Shown one piece after another: positions 39,746 through 53,205 of a stretch of DNA of 64,000 bases. This stretch comes from Laetmonice hystrix (lineage: Eukaryota). Every line of letters begins with the position of its first letter. Within the stretch, counting starts at the first letter, position 1. The position numbers and the translations under genes were made by a program. The stretch covers positions 51,276,001 through 51,340,000 of the forward strand of contig OZ249436.1 of the NCBI GenBank assembly GCA_965235115.1. The letters run 5' to 3'. A model generated the notes under the pieces. It made no database searches and had not been told where the DNA came from. It saw only the letters and a program-made list of their open reading frames with translations.

Positions 39746-42055
39746 TAGAATTAGCCTACGTAGGCCTATACGTAAACAACTGCTTGCCCCCCCCCCCCCA
39801 GGGTATTTTTTTCTAATTTACCAAATTGCATCCTTTATTCAAAATTTTCTAAGGGAGGCCCCCAGACCCCGTCGGTGGGAGGGAATATCCATCCCACCGG
39901 TGGCGTCCCCCACCGGCTGGCGCCCGTCATATTGGTACAACACCAAATTTCAGCTGGATAAAATCAACTTTGCCCCCCCCCCCCAACCGAAAATCCTGGA
40001 TCCGCCCCTGTATATACTACTCTCAATAAACGTAGGCCTACATTGATAGCTTACGTACTACAACTGCTATACTACTCTCAATGTACGTGGGCCTACATGT
40101 TCACTTCACTGTTTTTTTCTGTCTTTAGTCTTCTGTCTTTTCTGTTCTTAGAGTTCTTATCAACTCTATATTATTTATTAAATTTTTCATCTCAGATCCG
40201 GTGCAGATTCCTGCATTCTGCTTCTCAAAAACAGTCGCTCGTATCGCTGGCGTCGTTCGCGTCGCCTACGCGGTGGTCATCGCCGTCATCGCGATAGACG
40301 ATTAGTGCCACACATCACTGGACATGTTCGCTTCGTTAATAGTGACCTCCCCGTATAAGTGATTCATTCCTCGACCTCGATCTGGGCTCTACCATTTGAG
40401 ACCGTCCGCCGCCAAAATTAGAAACCGGTAACACGCCGACACGGTCCACCTGCCCCACGAAACATATTATAGGATTAGATAAATACACAGATGAGGCGCG
40501 ATTTTATTTGACTCGTTCAAATGGAGTTGTTTCGACTATTTAACCTGGCGCTGCAGCGCCCAGCGCCGGCAGACTGGCCATCGAGCGTGGCGCAGAATGT
40601 GGTTGGCGGGAAATTGATCCAGTCTCATTATGACGTCCTCGTGGGAGGCGTGGTCTGCAGGATCCAACGTCGGACTCAGCGTCCGGAGACGTTTGGAGCA
40701 CGTGCAGGTTGTAAATAGGCCTCACACTAAACACTGAAGAGAACACACTCTGCTTCTGATACACTCATGATGTAATAGATAATGCATACTACAGAGACTC
40801 TTTCAAGGGGCGCAGCAATAATTTTTACTCGACCAGCAAAAAGGATATAGGCTAGGCCCTAGACTGATAGGGTGCACTTCGTCTGAGGCAAGTGTAAAAC
40901 AACAAAAAAATGAAGGAGCGGGGGGGGGGGGTATGCACCCATTGCTCGCCCAGGATCCACCACTGAATCTCTAGGCTATAGACTCTAGACTCTATCTTAG
41001 GGGCGGATCCAGGAATCTTCTGTCTCTGGTATATCGGTACCAGGCTAATTTTCTACCAGATATTTGGGAGGGGGCACCGCGTGCATCAGCATAAATCCGC
41101 CACTGTATGCCGTATATATTGTAAATGTTTATTTACACATCATACACAGAAATACACGTTTTTAAACATAGATTGGTGCGCACTTTTGCTTTTCTTTACG
41201 CATTGGAGCACTTTGTGGCGCGCCAAATAGGTCACGGGAACGCTTGGAGGCTCATAACCGGCCATCCCGCATTTGAGATTTTTAAGTAGAATTAGAAAGG
41301 GGTCACGTGTTGCACAAAATCGTCATCTGCTTACGTTTTTGTGAGCCAACCTCAAGTCCCAAAGCCGTGGATGTTATTGCCTTTTCATAGGGGCGACACA
41401 GATCGACCTTTATAAACTTTAAAGGGCTTTCTTCTTCTTTAAAACAAAGTTCAAATGATAGTGTCTAGGAAATTTGGGATGTTTTTTGGGACCTCATATG
41501 CCTGCCTAAAAATATAAGGCCTCGAAAAGCATTGAGTATCATCACGTAATATACAGAAATACACGTTTCCGAAAACATGAATCTGTTAGACTTTGAACTT
41601 GTTTATTTTTGATTGGTTCTTCTGTTTTGGGCTTAATGTCGATAGGTCAGCGGTCCGAGAAGTCACGGTATGAACCTCGTGAGGCATGCGTGCACATAGA
41701 AACGGGTTACCGTGGCTATTTTAACATCAGGCAAAGATAGTTAGCTCACGTGTGTACGGGCTGGAATTGGTGTTTATGTACTTATGTTGACTTGCGTAAG
41801 TACTCACACTGCTTCGTTACCTTGGGGTTTCCACATCATAGATGACAAAAGGTCAGCAATAAAAGAAATTCTACAAGTTTAGTTACAGCTTAATTGTGCT
41901 TCATACCTTTACGTTACATATATTGGTTTCTTGCTTCTTGGCAGACCACGACCGACACGAATCTGGTTAGTACATTTTTTTACATGGCAATGAAGGCTTT
42001 TTGTACAATCCACTTCACAACACCTAACGAATGGAATTACGCACTCTTTTACTAA

Positions 42056-42801
42056 AGCCGGGCTTCCATGTGTACGTTTCCGTTATCCGTTTCCGTTCGA
42101 TCGTTTATGCCTATTTCCTATGGGAGCGTGTCCATGTTGTGTACGTTTGGTAGTCCGAAAGGGAAATGTGAGTGTTCAAAGCGCCACCTAGTGAGTCGCG
42201 TTGGTACCACGGGGGAAATGTGAGTATTCAAAGCGCCGCGTAGTGAGCTTTAACAGAAAAATATTTGGCTTATTTATGCAGTCAACCAGTTTGATGCGGA
42301 AATTCGTAGTATTTTTTAAACCATGCACCAAACTGTGTGCCAGAGCCTGTCTACTCCATTGAATGCTATAGTTAAGACCCGTGTTTTACCAAGGCACTGA
42401 CTGTTTGGCAGGCTGTAACTTTTATTTTGATTCGGTGACCCCCCAATTTATTTTGTTTTAAACTATTAGTCCTGATCCACTTTATCTTGTGACTGAGTTT
42501 CAGGAGAAAATTGGTGGTCATTTTTTTAACTATTAGTCAAAATGTCTGAAAAATCCTGTTTTTCTCATTGAAACATATAGCAAAGACCCATTTTTTACGG
42601 AGGCCTGTATAAAAAAATCTAATTCGGTGATATATGATTTTTTTTTGTTTCTTTGTACTCCTAAGGACAAAGGCTATCCCCCCATAAAAATATTTTGAAA
42701 ATTCTAGTGGTCGATTCGAACACTCACATTTCCCTTAAACGATCGCATCGGAAACGGATAGCAGAAACTGATAACGGAAACGTACACATGCAAACCCGGC
42801 T
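42056..42801. mobile_element. TIR element (Harbinger-like ends) interrupted by a Kolobok-like MITE
   Basis: AGCCGGGCTTCCATGTGTACGTTTCCGTTATC versus reverse complement of right end AGCCGGGTTTGCATGTGTACGTTTCCGTTATC. Confidence 0.8.
42160..42735 (+). mobile_element. Kolobok-like MITE, copy 1, with a duplicated 5' end
   Basis: TIR AGGGAAATGTGAGTGTTC / GAACACTCACATTTCCCT; highly similar to 50329-50787. Confidence 0.8.
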
Positions 42802-43712
42802 TCAGCCAGAATTACCTATACTCTGATTAAATCATGTAAGTAACGGCCGATTGGTTTGGTTAATACACAGACTAGACACACATTTAGTCCGATCTGTTCA
42901 CCATTCCTAACGGACACTTCTGTTAATATGGGTATACTATATTTATTTTAGATCCATGATAAAAAGGTAACAATACTGACATACTAATTCCGTTAATACC
43001 TCAGAACGACCTTTAGTCTTCACGGAGGTTTCGATCTGAATCTGTTCGTTCTACTGGCGATTGACTGCAGCGATAGAGTCAAATGGTCGATCAGAAATAG
43101 GCCGTTGAAGAACATGGACCTGTTGTTTTCTGAGGTCTCCCAGACCGAGACTTTCTAGAGTGGCTTCAACTGTCCCCCGAAACCGTCGCTAAACTCGGGA
43201 GATGTTGCGATACGATAAACCTTTATCCGTCTGCACGATTATCCACCGTTGACCTTCATTGAGCTCCTACTTACGACCCATGTTGACCCTGACAGAAAGA
43301 AATTATTCAATCGACTTGAAGAAAAGTCATTATGCTGAGGGAACTGTAATATATAAGTCAAGTCTCTCCTAGCCTACCAGTGCAATCTTCATTAAAAAAG
43401 TGCCAAATTGATATAGAATATTATCGAAGTTGACATTTTCAAGTTTGTAGTCAAATATAAAAGCTATTCCACATATTGATGTCTTCCAACCTGTGCGATT
43501 GACGATTATTAAATTAAATAACGACCTTATTATTAACCTCCACTAGACTTGCCCGATTCCAGATTCCAATGTAATTGTCCGCACTATAATCATGTATGAT
43601 GGTCATATCAAAGATAGCAATGAACCCACAGTCTTGACCTATAGGGGCCCCAAGTCTCCTTTAGCTCCGTCGTATGGAGGTATGAACCGAGTAGCAGAAC
43701 TATACACGGTAT

Positions 43713-43943
43713 CAGGCGCGTGTCCAGGATTTTCAGCAGGGGGGGGGGGGGCCTTCGGAAATTTTTAAAAATTAGAAGCTCTGAGACGCGATTCCCCGCC
43801 ATTTAGGGGCCATTTTAGGGAATTATATTTTGTGGATTTATCGCTCAACGGGTTCAAAACGGCGGGAATGCTTAGAAAAAATCTATGTTCTGTGGGAGCA
43901 GGGGGTCCGGACCTCCTGGATCCCCCCCCTGGACATGCGCCTG
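43713..43943. mobile_element. CAG..CTG MITE with 5-bp TSD (GGTAT)
   Basis: ggtat|CAGGCGCGTGTCCAGG ... CCTGGACATGCGCCTG|ggtat. Confidence 0.85.
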
Positions 43944-45326
43944 GGTATTTGCTTGACGTGTGCTTTGTGAACCTGCATGCATTCAACAGTGTATCTGAAT
44001 TCAACAGCGCTGCCTGCCAACAATGCCTTGTCGCATTTTCCAGCTCAGGCCGGGTTTTGTTTTTTAAAGGGAGGGTAAAGATATATCCATAAACCTGTCC
44101 GAAAACCACTAAATAAAACAACCAACGTCTAACTTGATGCCCTAATGTTAGTAGACACGAAGGTACATATATAGTTTGTTTGGTTAAAAATGCCCAATCA
44201 TGTCATTTCGTCACGTAACGTGCCTGCTCGTAGGATTTCGTAGCTGGGTTCGTGGTAGCCTCTCACATAGGCCGTGTGTACGGCCTATCGTCTAGCGAAC
44301 GGGCTACGAGAACAAACGTTCAACCCGCAGAATGAATGTGCACCCGCACCTCTTCCATCACTTCAAATAAAAGATTGCCTTTACCTCCAGCTACTGAGCT
44401 CAATGAACTTACTTGGTGTTCCTCTAAGCAACAGATTCGGCCCATTTTCCAAACCAAGCGACCACTTTCCATAGTCTTACAACCGGCGCCATTTTTTTAA
44501 ACCCACATCCGGGGTCAAGGTCACGAAGGGAGCAGTCATTTCAGACGTTGGCTATTAGTTTGGCGCCATAATGGAGGAATTGCTGTTTGGTCTAGAATAA
44601 TGAATGCTCCCCTGCTGGTCGCCAGTGCGCATGTTTTGGACAAACAGTATGGCGGCTAACGGCAGTGAACCAGCGCGATTCGGAATTTCGAAAGTCTGAT
44701 TTATTAAAACTTTGGGCAAAAATCCTCGGAAAAGTGTGCAGCAGAGGAACAGAAGATGGGCTGCGTTAGAATTGACACCTCAACTGGCAGTAGTTACGGT
44801 GGATTTTGCACAGCGAGTGATTGACATAGGAGGTAGGGTTTTTCGCGTTAGCGGTGTCCGTCCCTACTGGGACGATACTCCGTCTAGGTTCGTGGGACTT
44901 CGTAGCACTTCTTATCACTTCATACGCACTCCTACGACCCCCTACGAATAGCCTACGAACACCTATGAAGTCCTACGACGCCACCTGTACGAACCCCTAC
45001 GACAGAAAAAAGTTCGTGCGTGAGCTGCGACACTTTGTGCCACGATCTCGAGTTCGAGACAGTTCGGCTCAAACATCGCAGTTCTTGTAGGTGACATAGG
45101 CGTATGTCTTATATCTTTGATATTCGTATGACAGAGCCATCTATGTCTTGATAGGACACCGCAAGCAACACCCGACCGACAGTATTAGCGATAATAGAAG
45201 TATGCCAGAATCTTCTTGGACCCGAGAATGAGATTAAGAGAATGATGATGCGGAAGTATCCCGCGGCATTGACGAGGAGTTAGACGTAGAGTTGAACGCT
45301 AACTGTGCCAGACCGAGGCGCCGCCA

Positions 45327-45550
45327 TCATAGCCTCGTTATGGCCAATGAAGCCGGTGAGAGCATGGCGGCCGCGAGGATCACCAACCAATGAGGGGAGA
45401 GTACGGTCGCCGCCGTGTTACAGCCATCCGTACTGCACGTCATGCTGCAGATCTTCACCTCAAGGTTTCCGTGTTCCCTGTCCCTCCCCCGGTAACAGGC
45501 GTCGTTACCCGTCAGTGGACTACACGTACGCGAAAAACTCAGTAATGTAT
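45327..45550 (-). CDS. Ly6/uPAR three-finger GPI-anchored protein, terminal exon
   Basis: tttcatttcag| phase 1, (D)TLLSFSRTCSPLTGNDACYRGRDREHGNLEVKICSMTCSTDGCNTAATVLSPHWLVILAAAMLSPASLAITRL*; CxxDGCN motif plus hydrophobic GPI-type tail. Not in the ORF track. Confidence 0.92.
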
Positions 45551-45902
45551 CTGAAATGAAACAACAATGAATATTAGACTTCCCTCCAGGGTAGCCTACA
45601 GTATTATAAATACTGGTTACTTTAAAAGTGTTTCAGTTCGAACTATTGTTTTGATAGTAAACGAGGGGAGGGGGTAATTATTGAAACGTCACCTTGCGTT
45701 ATGTCTCGCTTCTCTGAAGGATATCGGGGAACTTGTGCATAACGCATCACACTGTTAATGAATAGTTGATGTTTCTTCATTCAAATTCATTTAATTAATG
45801 TTGTGTCATTATTTAATAATTCAACCATGAAATTTCATTTTCATGGCATTCTACTGCATCAAATCGATGAAATCAGGACTGATGTGTTTCAAAAGTATTT
45901 CC

Positions 45903-46202
45903 TTTCACACCGTCCTGTTTGTTTCACACCATCCTGGCTGTTTCACACCACCCTGTTTGTTCCACACCATCCTGCTTGTTTCACACCATCCTGTTTGTTT
46001 CACACCATCCTGGTTGTTTCACACCATCCTGTTTCACACCGTCCTGTTTGTTTCACACCATCCTGGTTGTTTCACACCATCCTGGTTGTTTCACACCATC
46101 CTGGTTGTTTCACACCATCCTGGGTGTTTCACACCATCCTGGTTGTTTCACACCATCCTGGGTGTTTCACACCATCCTGTTTCACACCATCCTGTTTGTT
46201 TC
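45903..46202. repeat. 19-bp minisatellite TTTCACACCATCCTGGTTG
   Basis: Direct tandem repetition; explains the overlapping spurious ORFs at 45803-46325. Confidence 0.95.
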
Positions 46203-47831
46203 TCTGATAATAAACACACGGTTAAACACGATCAGGTGAAAAAAGTATTAAAAAACTTATTTAATTTGTCACCATTTTACCTCACTTTACATGTCGTTGC
46301 TGAGACCCGCAGCCATAATCTTTGATGAAGGGATATTTATTTACTATAATCCGTAGTGGCAATAGTATATAGGAACTTGTCACGCTAAGCCGGCGGATCC
46401 GACCCAGAGTACGGCGGGTGGCCGCAGCCGGTCCGGCATCAGTTGCTGGTAACATAACAGGATTGGCGTGCGGAAATAGATGATGCCACACCAGGGCTCA
46501 GGTCTTGTAAGGTTTCTCACAGTGCAATGTGAATCCACACTGTCTGCAAAAAATCTACGGATCCCTGAAGCAGGATACCCACTCTCCCTGGCTCGTTATG
46601 CTATGGTTCGGAATAACTCTATAGTGCTAGCGGATATTCTCAGTCTAGAAAGCAAGGAAAATCATCGGAAAAATCAATACGCAGTCCTATCTAAGGGGAA
46701 ATCAGGTGGAGTTGAGTTTGAAACTGTTCTTAAACTGGATTTCCATAAAGCTTAGGACGACTGAGTGATCCATGTTAATTACCCTGGCAGGCAGTTGGTG
46801 GGGCTTACCAATCCACGCCAGATCTGGCTTCATCCAAGGACAGCGCCATCGGTTTAATAGGACCCCCCCCCGCCCGCAGGTAGTTGGGCATTCTCGAAAC
46901 AAGAGCTAGCTCGATCTAGGTATTAGAAAAAGGCCACGGAAAAATAAATGTTTGGTTCTTGCCATCCGTCATCAAATAGGCGCATGTGTCTCTTATCTCA
47001 GGTTTCAATAGGCCTAGGTGAAAAAAATACGAGCGCGTTTACCGCGTGCATTCCCTACATACCTAAAGCGCTTTTTCCTTCAGCGGCTCCCATATATTTG
47101 ATGACTTAACATATTATTTCATTGCAGAAGTCTTAACGGCTTGACTGATTTTGATGGTTTTGATTGTCTTTATCCAAGTGAGTGTACCTTTCTTGTTATT
47201 TGATAGCAATTTTTGTCGGAGTTCCTCTTTAAGTAGTTATAGTTAACCCCGCTCAACAGTAAAAGTTCCTAGATGCTGCCAATAAAAAGCCGTACATGTG
47301 TAAATGTCTATTTCTATTTCTTGTTTTTGAACTGATTTACAAACTTGATGGAATTTTTGTGTGGTAGCTCACTTCTATATAAAGAATTGCACAATTGATT
47401 AGATTGGTCTACATTTATGCAACTTGAAGACCTGGAAGCTATGAAGGTGTAAAATAATGGCAAACAATTATAAATTTTATGTGCAATGTAAACAACACTA
47501 CCCAGTGCAAGCTTTCGTTCAAAAGTATAATGATAGAAATGCATCATTAGGTTTGAGGTAATTAGGTGTAGTATACCTGCCCACCCCACAAAAGCACTGA
47601 GGACGCGAACTAAACAGTAACATTTTGGCCTATTATTTGAATGTTGCCTGGGGAGATATTTCTACGAGCTGGCCCCTCGTGTTCCCGAGAATGTGTCAGC
47701 ACTTCTGGGCCACAGTAAGCTAGTAATACAACGATCTAGTGACACCCCAATATCAGGTTTGACGCAGCAGGATTAATCCTCGTCAGATGTCGACAACATG
47801 GACCGAACAAAAATCAGAATTCTCCTCGTGA

Positions 47832-49842
47832 GTCTGGTTTAAGGCTGGGATGATGTTTTCATAGTGATAGCATTGTAATGACTCTGGTCTAAGGCTGGTA
47901 TGATGTTTTCATAGTGACAGCATTGTAATGACTCTGGTCTAAGGCTGGGATGATGTTTTCATAGTGGCAGCATTGTAATGACTCTGGTCTAAAGCTGGGA
48001 TGATGTTTTCATATAGTGGCAGCATTGTAATGACTCTGGTCTAAGGCTGGGATGATGTTTTCATAGTGGCAGCATTGTAATGACTCTGGTCTAAGGCTGG
48101 GATGATGTTTTCATAGTGACAGCATTGTAATGACTCTGGTCTAAGGCTGGGATGATGTTTTCATATAGTGGTAGCATTGTAATGACTCTGGTCTAAGGTT
48201 GGGATGATGTTTTCATAGTGGCAGCATTGTAATGACTCTGGTCTAAGGCTGGGATGATGTTTTCATAGTGGCAGCATTGTAATGACTCTGGTCTAAGGCT
48301 GGGATGATGTTTTCATAGTGTCAGCATTGTAATGACTCTGGTCTAAGGCTGGGATGATGTTTTCATAGTGGCAGCATTGTAATGACTCTGGTCTAAGGCT
48401 GGGATGATGTTCTCATAGTGGCAGCATTGTAATGACTCTGGTCTAAGGCTGGGATGATGTTTTCATATAGTGGCAGCATTGTAATGACTCTGGTGGCTGG
48501 GATGATGTTCTCATAGTGGTAGCATTGTAATGACTCTGGTCTAAGGCTGGGATGATGTTTTCATAGTGGCAGCATTGTAATGACTCTGGTCTAAGGCTGG
48601 GATGATGTTGTCATAGTGGCAGCATTGTAATGACTCTGGTCTAAGGCTGGGATGATGTTTTCATAGTGTCAGCATTGTAATGACTCTGGTTTAAGGCTGG
48701 GATGATGTTTTCATATAGTGGCAGCATTGTAATGACTCTGGTCTAAGGCTGGGATAATGTTTTCATAGTGTCAGCATTGTAATGACTCTGGTCTAAGGCT
48801 GGGATGATGTTGTCATAGTGGTAGCATTGTAATGACTCTGGTCTAAGGCTGGGATGATGTTCTCATAGTGGCAGCATTGTAATGACTCTGGTCAAAGGCT
48901 GGGATGATGTTTTCATAGTGTCAGCATTGTAATGACTCTGGTCAAAGGCTGGGATGATGTTCTCATAGTGACAGCATTGTAATGACTCTGGTCTAAGGCT
49001 GGGATGATGTTCTCATAGTGGCAGCATTGTAATGACTCTGGTCAAAGGCTGGGATGATGTTTTCATAGTGTCAGCATTGTAATGACTCTGGTCTAAGGCT
49101 GGGATGATGTTGTCATAGTGGCAGCATTGTAATGACTCTGGTCTAAGGCTGGGATGATGTTGTCATAGTGGTAGCATTGTAATGACTCTGGTCTAAGGCT
49201 GGGATGATGTTTTCATATAGTGGCAGCATTGTAATGACTCTGGTCTAAGGCTGGGATGATGTTTTCATATAGTGGCAGCATTGTAATGACTCTGGTCTAA
49301 GGCTGGGATGATGTTGTCATAGTGGCAGCATTGTAATGACTCTGGTCTAAGGCTGGGATGATGTTGTCATAGTGGCAGCATTGTAATGACTCTGGTCTAA
49401 GGCTGGGATGATGTTTTCATAGTGGCAGCATTGTAATGACTCTGGTCTAAGGCTGGGATGATGTTTTCATATAGTGGCAGCATTGTAATGACTCTGGTCT
49501 AAGGCTGGGATGATGTTGTCATAGTGGCAGCATTGTAATGACTCTGGTCTAAGGCTGGGATGATGTTGTCATAGTGGCAGCATTGTAATGACTCTGGTCT
49601 AAGGCTGGGATGATGTTTTCATAGTGGCAGCATTGTAATGACTCTGGTCTAAGGCTGGGATGATGTTTTCATATAGTGGCAGCATTGTAATGACTCTGGT
49701 CTAAGGCTGGGATGATGTTGTCATAGTGGTAGCATTGTAATGACTCTGGTCTAAGGCTGGGATGATGTTGTCATAGTGGCAGCATTGTAATGACTCTGGT
49801 CTAAGGCTGGGATGATGTTCTCATAGTGGCAGCATTGTAATG
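47832..49842. repeat. 50-bp minisatellite, about 40 copies
   Basis: ACTCTGGTCTAAGGCTGGGATGATGTTTTCATAGTGGCAGCATTGTAATG repeated with a few variant positions. Confidence 0.97.
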
Positions 49843-50328
49843 CTTCGTTAACCGCAATCATCACAGAAAGTGATTTCAAAAGTCATGTCTCATAAATCTG
49901 CCATGTTGTATCGCATTTAATATATTTGATTTTTTTTATGGAATTATAGTAATCCCCCTGTCATGGAAAACTGGAAATGTGAAAATGTTGTGAAGACATT
50001 GATCATTCAAAAACGCAGACAAAAAATTGAACGCTTTTCGCCAACTTTCACTGCAGACAGATTTGGTAAACAGACACGAACTGTGAAAAGCTTGCAGCGT
50101 GCGGGGAAACTATGAAGAATTAACGTTAATCACAGTTATACTAATACAGACTCATTACACAAAAGGCATTAAAGTTGTAATCCAATTGAGCCTAGGAATC
50201 GCAATATTCCCACTCGAAGAAAAGAGTTAACTGGGAAATTGCGTTATGAAACCGAGCGTGTATGACAACGATCTGTGGCTGGGTTTACTATAGCGTGTAG
50301 CGTTGACGTAGCGTTTGATTACTTTTAA

Positions 50329-50787
50329 AGGGAAATGTGAGTGTTCAAAGCGCCGCGTAGTGAGCTTTAACAGAAAAATGTTTGGCTTACTTATGCAGTC
50401 AACTAGTTTGATGTGGAAATCAGTAGTATTTTTTAAACCATGAACCAAACTGTGTGCCAGAACCTGTCTAATCCATTGAATGCTATAGATAAGACCCGTG
50501 TTTTACCAAGGCACTGACTGTTTGGCAGGCCGTAACTTTTTTTTTTAATTCGGAGAAAATCAGTGGTCGTTTTTTAACTATTAGTCAAAATGTCTGAAAA
50601 ATCCTGTTTTCCCCATTGAAACCTATAGTAAAGACCCATTTTCACGGAGGCCTGTATAAAAAAATCTAATTCGGTGACATATGATTTTTTTTGTTTCTTT
50701 GTACTCATTAGGACAAAGGCTATCCCCATAAAATATTTTGAAAATTCTAGTGGTCACTCAAATTCCGTCGAACACTCACATTTCCCT
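50329..50787 (+). mobile_element. Kolobok-like MITE, copy 2, with TTAA TSD
   Basis: ttaa|AGGGAAATGTGAGTGTTC ... GAACACTCACATTTCCCT|ttaa; perfect 18-bp TIR with AG..CT termini. Confidence 0.85.
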
Positions 50788-51959
50788 TTAAACGGATAGC
50801 GACGTCACAAACGGTATGCACTTATTGAGTCAGAATCAGGGATTCAGGGACGCAGCACTAGGGAAAACGTATGGACATAGGTGTGAATTAACGGTCGGCT
50901 GTTACTGGGATGGTTCACCAACAACGCCAGATGGTCCAGCCAGCGAGGGACCATATTTAAAGTACCAGACCCTTCAAACCACAGACTGACTGTCGCCCTT
51001 CGGACGGGGTTCGAACGCTGTTATCGAAACGGCTCCCTGGTGTGTCCGTCCGAGAGATTTCCGCTGGGCATGGTTTCCGAAAGAAAGAAACCGGCCTGTC
51101 TAATGCCCCTTGATTCTACTGAATACTTAAGTAGCCCGCATTTCAATGGGGTGTTATTCGGTGCTGTCGAAAGGGAGTGATGTTTGACTTGGTGTGAGGA
51201 CGTAATCGTACATTTCAGGGTTTATGTCAGATTGGTACTGCGGTCCGGTAATAAATCAGTCAAGTATCGGCCAGACGAGGCGGGACCTGGCAGCCGGAGA
51301 GGTGGTGCAGGAACTTGGCTCTAATCGTGGGGTTTATTTAGAAAACGTGAGAGGAATGCCGTCCTGTATATGGCGCAGTCGTCCTGTTACACTGGTCGCA
51401 AACGTGTATACAAGGGATACGTCTGATACCACACGCCATATATGTCGGATTTCCAAGGGACGGGACACTATCAAAGCAAGATGCCTATGATGTGATAATT
51501 ATGAAATATAGGCATATATCTCTTCTGACATCTTTCTTTCTGTCTTTGTCTTGATGTTAATGATTCTATACGATATACCTAACTTACGATGTGTAACATT
51601 TAAATAGATATATAGGCCTACATAGGCCTGATTAAATTAACATTTCTCGTCAAGAATTATAGGCCTACTTGTCCAGACTTTTTTAGAAGGAAGTGGGGAA
51701 TATGGTGAAGAAAAAATCAGTCACCTCATTGATCATTGGATACATCACTACGTCCAAAATCTCTGTAATCACATTCAAGCGAACGGGAATTATGCTTCAA
51801 TATTCAATTTCCGCCTAGCGCAATGGCTGATGAGCCCCGGAATACTGAGTTGGGACATGGAAGGCGTGAGTTGCGTCCATAATTCTGGGGTTAAAAATCC
51901 ACTGTACAACTGGATTGAGTCCTTGATAAACATCGGCGTTTCTCTGCTCGAATACTCAC

Positions 51960-52133
51960 CGTTCTCATCGAATTTTCGGACTATGACGCAATAATCAAAG
52001 TCATGCAAGACGCATGTGGCGTTGTCCGAGTCCGATTTGAGACACATGGTGCAGTTTTCAGCCGGTGGTGGGTTGGTCTCACACCACGTGTCGCCAGCAT
52101 CGGAGTCACACTGGACGCACAGGATGGCAGAGG
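51960..52133 (-). CDS. Ly6/uPAR protein, middle coding exon
   Basis: tttccag| ... |gtgagt, 174 nt, phase 1 to 1; (A)SAILCVQCDSDAGDTWCETNPPPAENCTMCLKSDSDNATCVLHDFDYCVIVRKFDEN; LCxxC start of an LU domain. Confidence 0.92.
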
Positions 52134-52380
52134 CTGGAAACGAGGTCAACATTGAAAAGTTAGTAATCAGGGGACACTGTCTCCTTTATCCAGGAGTCAG
52201 TGTTCCCACTGTTTGTTTTATTTAAACGAACTGAAATAAAACGACATTAAATAATTAAATGGACATCAGAGAGGTAGTTTGGACGTTTGGAGTCCAACAT
52301 CGACATTACACATAGACCGACAGTTTCCAGTCAAGGAAAGCGGCTATTTGTAAGGGTGGACCGGAAGGTTGGACCGAATG

Positions 52381-52521
52381 CTGGGGTGGATCCAGGTTTC
52401 CGCCAACCGGGGGGAGGGGTGTGTGTGTGTTTGCTTTGAACCTTTCAAGCAGAAAAGAAGAAAAATTACTTCGTATGGGGGGTGGGGGGTGGAACCCCGT
52501 AACCCCCTGGATCCGCCATTG
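52381..52521. mobile_element. GGATCC-type MITE with 5-bp TSD (GAATG)
   Basis: gaatg|CTGGGGTGGATCCAGG ... CCTGGATCCGCCATTG|gaatg. Confidence 0.75.
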
Positions 52522-53205
52522 GAATGTTATAGCCGTATATACAATGCTCCAACCATAACCTAATTGCCCTCGTGCCTTACCATTCAATGCATCCTCACAC
52601 GAGCAGATCCTAACACCATACAAGGTTGGTGGGTGACCTTAGCGGTCTGAGGTCTGCCGTCGTCTAATGGGTCGTTATCGTACGGCCCCCCTACTGACAG
52701 ATGTGTCACCTGTTTCACCCTCTTTATGGTAAGACCCCTAACGGTGGTCGGATAGGTCAAGTTCGTCACACTGGTTATCGAAAAGATCGGACAAATGTAG
52801 ACCCAAGGGAATGTGACCGAGACAGCAGTCAGCAGCAATTTGTCTGAGAGAGAGGTAAAATTTACTCGTATACTTCACTTTTTATTTCTCTACAAAAAAA
52901 CCGATCGCATGTCAAAGAGAAAATCGGGGAGTCCTGTTTACCATTAAAAAAATAATATGTTTAACATCTGCTGATAAAAAAATAAATAAATAGAAAAGAA
53001 GTTAATACGCATGAATATGCATAACACGCTGACTTCGACCTATAATGATCTTTTGAAAGTTAGTCTGTGGCCACCAACTTTTTTAGTCCATTCAGGAGAA
53101 CCTTCTTGCCATAGTGTTATGCCGTCAAGATTATCAGTAAAGGGAGGGCGAGGGAAGAAATTGTAGGTGCCGCTGGATAAATGCTATCATGATACCTCCT
53201 CAAGA

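Noticed and set aside
47832..49842. CRISPR-like appearance of regular repeats (also the 31.0, 53.2 and 55.8 kb arrays)
   Set aside because: Units are head-to-tail with no unique spacers, there are no cas genes, and the context is eukaryotic introns
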